Below, piece by piece: positions 61,982-64,000 of a DNA stretch of 64,000 nt (the first letter of the stretch is position 1; the number at the start of each line of letters is the position of its first letter). Both the position numbers and the translations under genes were made by a program. The DNA comes from Candidatus Latescibacterota bacterium (GTDB lineage: Bacteria > Latescibacterota > UBA2968): positions 256,001 through 320,000 of the forward strand of contig OZ220741.1 in assembly GCA_965116885.1 (NCBI GenBank). The letters are read 5' to 3'. The notes under the pieces are model-generated. The model made no database searches. It saw only the letters and a list, made by a program, of their open reading frames with translations, and had not been told where the DNA came from.

Positions 61982-62872
61982 ATGTCATTGACACAAAATC
62001 AAATTAACCAGTATCGCGATCGGGGATTTTTGATTGCGGAAAATGTATTAGATGACGCGGCCTTTGAGCCGATTGAACACGCTTATGACGTATTGATCAA
62101 TCAAAAGGCACAAGAACTATTGGAAGAAGGGGCGATCTCATCCGTACATGCAGACAAGTCCTTCAGCCATCGCTTAGCCGCGATTGCACGGGAATTAGAC
62201 GATGAAGGATATGACGCACTGCGCAGTTTTGCGGGTGGATTCGATATCATGCGCGCGCGTGTGAAACCGATGTTCGACATCTTCTTCAACGAACAATTAT
62301 TATCCGCCGTTGAAAGCCTCATAGGACCAGAAATAACCCTGAGCCCCATTCAGCACTTCCGGCCCTACTTGCCCGCGCGAGAAACACAACCCGGACAGGT
62401 ACCCTGGCACCAGGACCAGGGCGTAACAAAAGAAGAAGCGGACATCTCGGAAATCATAACCTGCTGGATACCACTCGTAGATGTCACCCCAGAACGCGGG
62501 TGCTTACAAGTATTGCCGGGCGTAGTACCCCTGGGACTGCTGGAACACCAGCGCGAAGGCGGCACCATGATCAAACCCATGTACATGCCGGAAATAGAAT
62601 CCGTAAACTGCATCATGAAACGCGGAGACGTACTCATGATGAGTGCGTACACCCCGCATAGAGGGCAACCAAACCACTCCAATCTGGTGCGCTGGAGCAT
62701 GGACCTGCGATTCCAAAAAACGGGCACACCTACGGGACGTCCATTCTGGCCCGAATTTATCGTCCAGAGCAAAGAAAATCCCGCATCTGTACAAAACAGC
62801 TTTGACGAATGGTGTACGCGGTGGATAACGGACCTGCGCGAGAGCAAAGGCACCCATCTACATCGGGTATGA
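61982..62872 (+). CDS. PhyH-family Fe(II)/2OG dioxygenase
   Basis: AGGAG RBS; PWHQDQG, CWIPL..RGCLQVLPG, TPHRG..RWSMDLRF. Confidence 0.92.
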   Translation: MSLTQNQINQYRDRGFLIAENVLDDAAFEPIEHAYDVLINQKAQELLEEGAISSVHADKSFSHRLAAIARELDDEGYDALRSFAGGFDIMRARVKPMFDIFFNEQLLSAVESLIGPEITLSPIQHFRPYLPARETQPGQVPWHQDQGVTKEEADISEIITCWIPLVDVTPERGCLQVLPGVVPLGLLEHQREGGTMIKPMYMPEIESVNCIMKRGDVLMMSAYTPHRGQPNHSNLVRWSMDLRFQKTGTPTGRPFWPEFIVQSKENPASVQNSFDEWCTRWITDLRESKGTHLHRV

Positions 62873-62878
62873 CGTAGC

Positions 62879-62943
62879 GGGCGGGCACAGGGGCACCGCC
62901 CCTACAAACACTGGATCGCGGCTCAAAACCATGCCGCGATGAT
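62879..62943. repeat. REP type C (62879-62905) plus second-family palindrome (62911-62943)
   Basis: 27-mer followed by CTGGATCGCGGCtcaaaaccatGCCGCGATGAT. Confidence 0.8.
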
Positions 62944-62965
62944 AGGGGACACAGAGACCTACCCC

Positions 62966-63769
62966 TCATTCAAACGGAATATCATCCGCATTAAAAACCT
63001 GCGTGCGTTTCATCATGCGGCGTTCCGATGGAGGAAAGGGCTCGCGGCGATGCATCGTGGGGCGATTATCCCACATCACAAGATCGCCAACCTGCCAGAT
63101 ATGGGTCCATAAAAATTCGGGACGTGCGGCGTGTGCAAAAAGCGCCTTGAGAAGCGCGTCGCTCTCATCGGTGGGCATATCGAGAATATATTTGGTCAGA
63201 TGGGGACCTGCATAAAGCGACTTGCGCCCGGTTTCTGGATGGGTGCGCACGACCGGATGGTCAACGCGTTCGGGTGGGTTTTGTTCCTCAACATAATGGC
63301 GATGCACGGCTCGCAATCCCGTGAGCCGTTTTTTCATATCTTCATCTAACGCTTCATACGCGGCATAACAATTGCACCACTGGGTATTGCCCCCTGCACT
63401 GGGAATCTCAAGCGCGTAGAGAACGGAAATCGTGCCGGGCCGCTTAAGATACGACAAATCGGAGTGAAAGCTAACCTCTCCATCGCCCAGAGCACCGATG
63501 GGCTGGCCGTTCTCTTCAATATTGGAAACAATAAAAATCTCTTTGTGTTCCCGGTCGAGTTGTTTGCGAACGTGTTCTACCGCACGGCCAAAATAATTGG
63601 TAAAACGAATCTGATCTTCCTCGCTCAAATCCTGATCGCGAAAATACACAACACAGTAATCGAGCAACGCCTGGCGAATAGCCTGAACGGTATCATCATC
63701 GAGTCCCTGCGAAAGATCAAGCCCCCGAATTTCAGCGCCCAGTGCGCCGCCAGAAGGTATAACTTGCAT
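62966..63769 (-). CDS. TauD/TfdA family dioxygenase
   Basis: LGAEIRGLDL, FHSDLSY, HPVVRTHPETGRKSL, WDNRPTMHRR. Confidence 0.95.
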   Translation of the reverse strand: MQVIPSGGALGAEIRGLDLSQGLDDDTVQAIRQALLDYCVVYFRDQDLSEEDQIRFTNYFGRAVEHVRKQLDREHKEIFIVSNIEENGQPIGALGDGEVSFHSDLSYLKRPGTISVLYALEIPSAGGNTQWCNCYAAYEALDEDMKKRLTGLRAVHRHYVEEQNPPERVDHPVVRTHPETGRKSLYAGPHLTKYILDMPTDESDALLKALFAHAARPEFLWTHIWQVGDLVMWDNRPTMHRREPFPPSERRMMKRTQVFNADDIPFE

Positions 63770-63782
63770 AGTTCGTACCACC

Positions 63783-64000
63783 TCACCTATCAGGCCATTT
63801 ATACGCGACCTTTGCATTCTTCCAAAAATACTTCTCCAGCACCGCGTCACCCTTTTGAGAAAAATAATCATACACAAGGCGTTGTGCCTCAGCCGGGGTG
63901 CGCTTGCTGCGTTCGAGAACAGGCCAATCACTGCCGTAAATCACGCGATCTTCACCAAAAAGCTGCCAGAGCGCGTCGAGCAAATAGACATAAAAGTCGG
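63783..64000 (-). CDS. amidohydrolase_2 family protein, C-terminal part (5' end outside window)
   Basis: FGEDRVIYGSDWPV..NAKVAY. Confidence 0.8.
   Translation of the reverse strand, partial: DFYVYLLDALWQLFGEDRVIYGSDWPVLERSKRTPAEAQRLVYDYFSQKGDAVLEKYFWKNAKVAYKWPDR

Overview
Bacterial chromosomal window with no rRNA, tRNA or CRISPR array visible. The gene content (MacB/FtsX permease paralogues, a GWxTD protein, PhyH and TauD dioxygenases, pectin-type lyases, an ankyrin protein) suggests an uncultured FCB-type heterotroph; this taxonomy is inference only. The strongest candidate for a new system is at 2.7-12.5 kb (minus strand): a secreted TPR-GWxTD protein, then a 1601-aa Ser/Thr kinase-STAND ATPase-TPR-GAF-sigma54 activator-HTH fusion, then a 64-aa two-Cys, poly-Asp precursor peptide with an RRE-radical SAM/SPASM maturase. 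Both genes flanking the activator carry near-identical sigma54 -24/-12 promoters and related tandem enhancer-like sites. A second notable region (44.9-53.6 kb) is a defence island (AAA_21/RloB, SIR2 large protein, PD-(D/E)XK nuclease, orphan antitoxins). It is bracketed by the same two REP types and contains three copies of the higA 3' end, one fused in frame to a truncated PIN toxin. A smaller Abi-type cluster lies at 35.6-38.1 kb. The rest is housekeeping (eno, psd, rimO, folA, thyA, RluA family) and catabolic genes. All product calls are from motif recognition by eye, without database searches.
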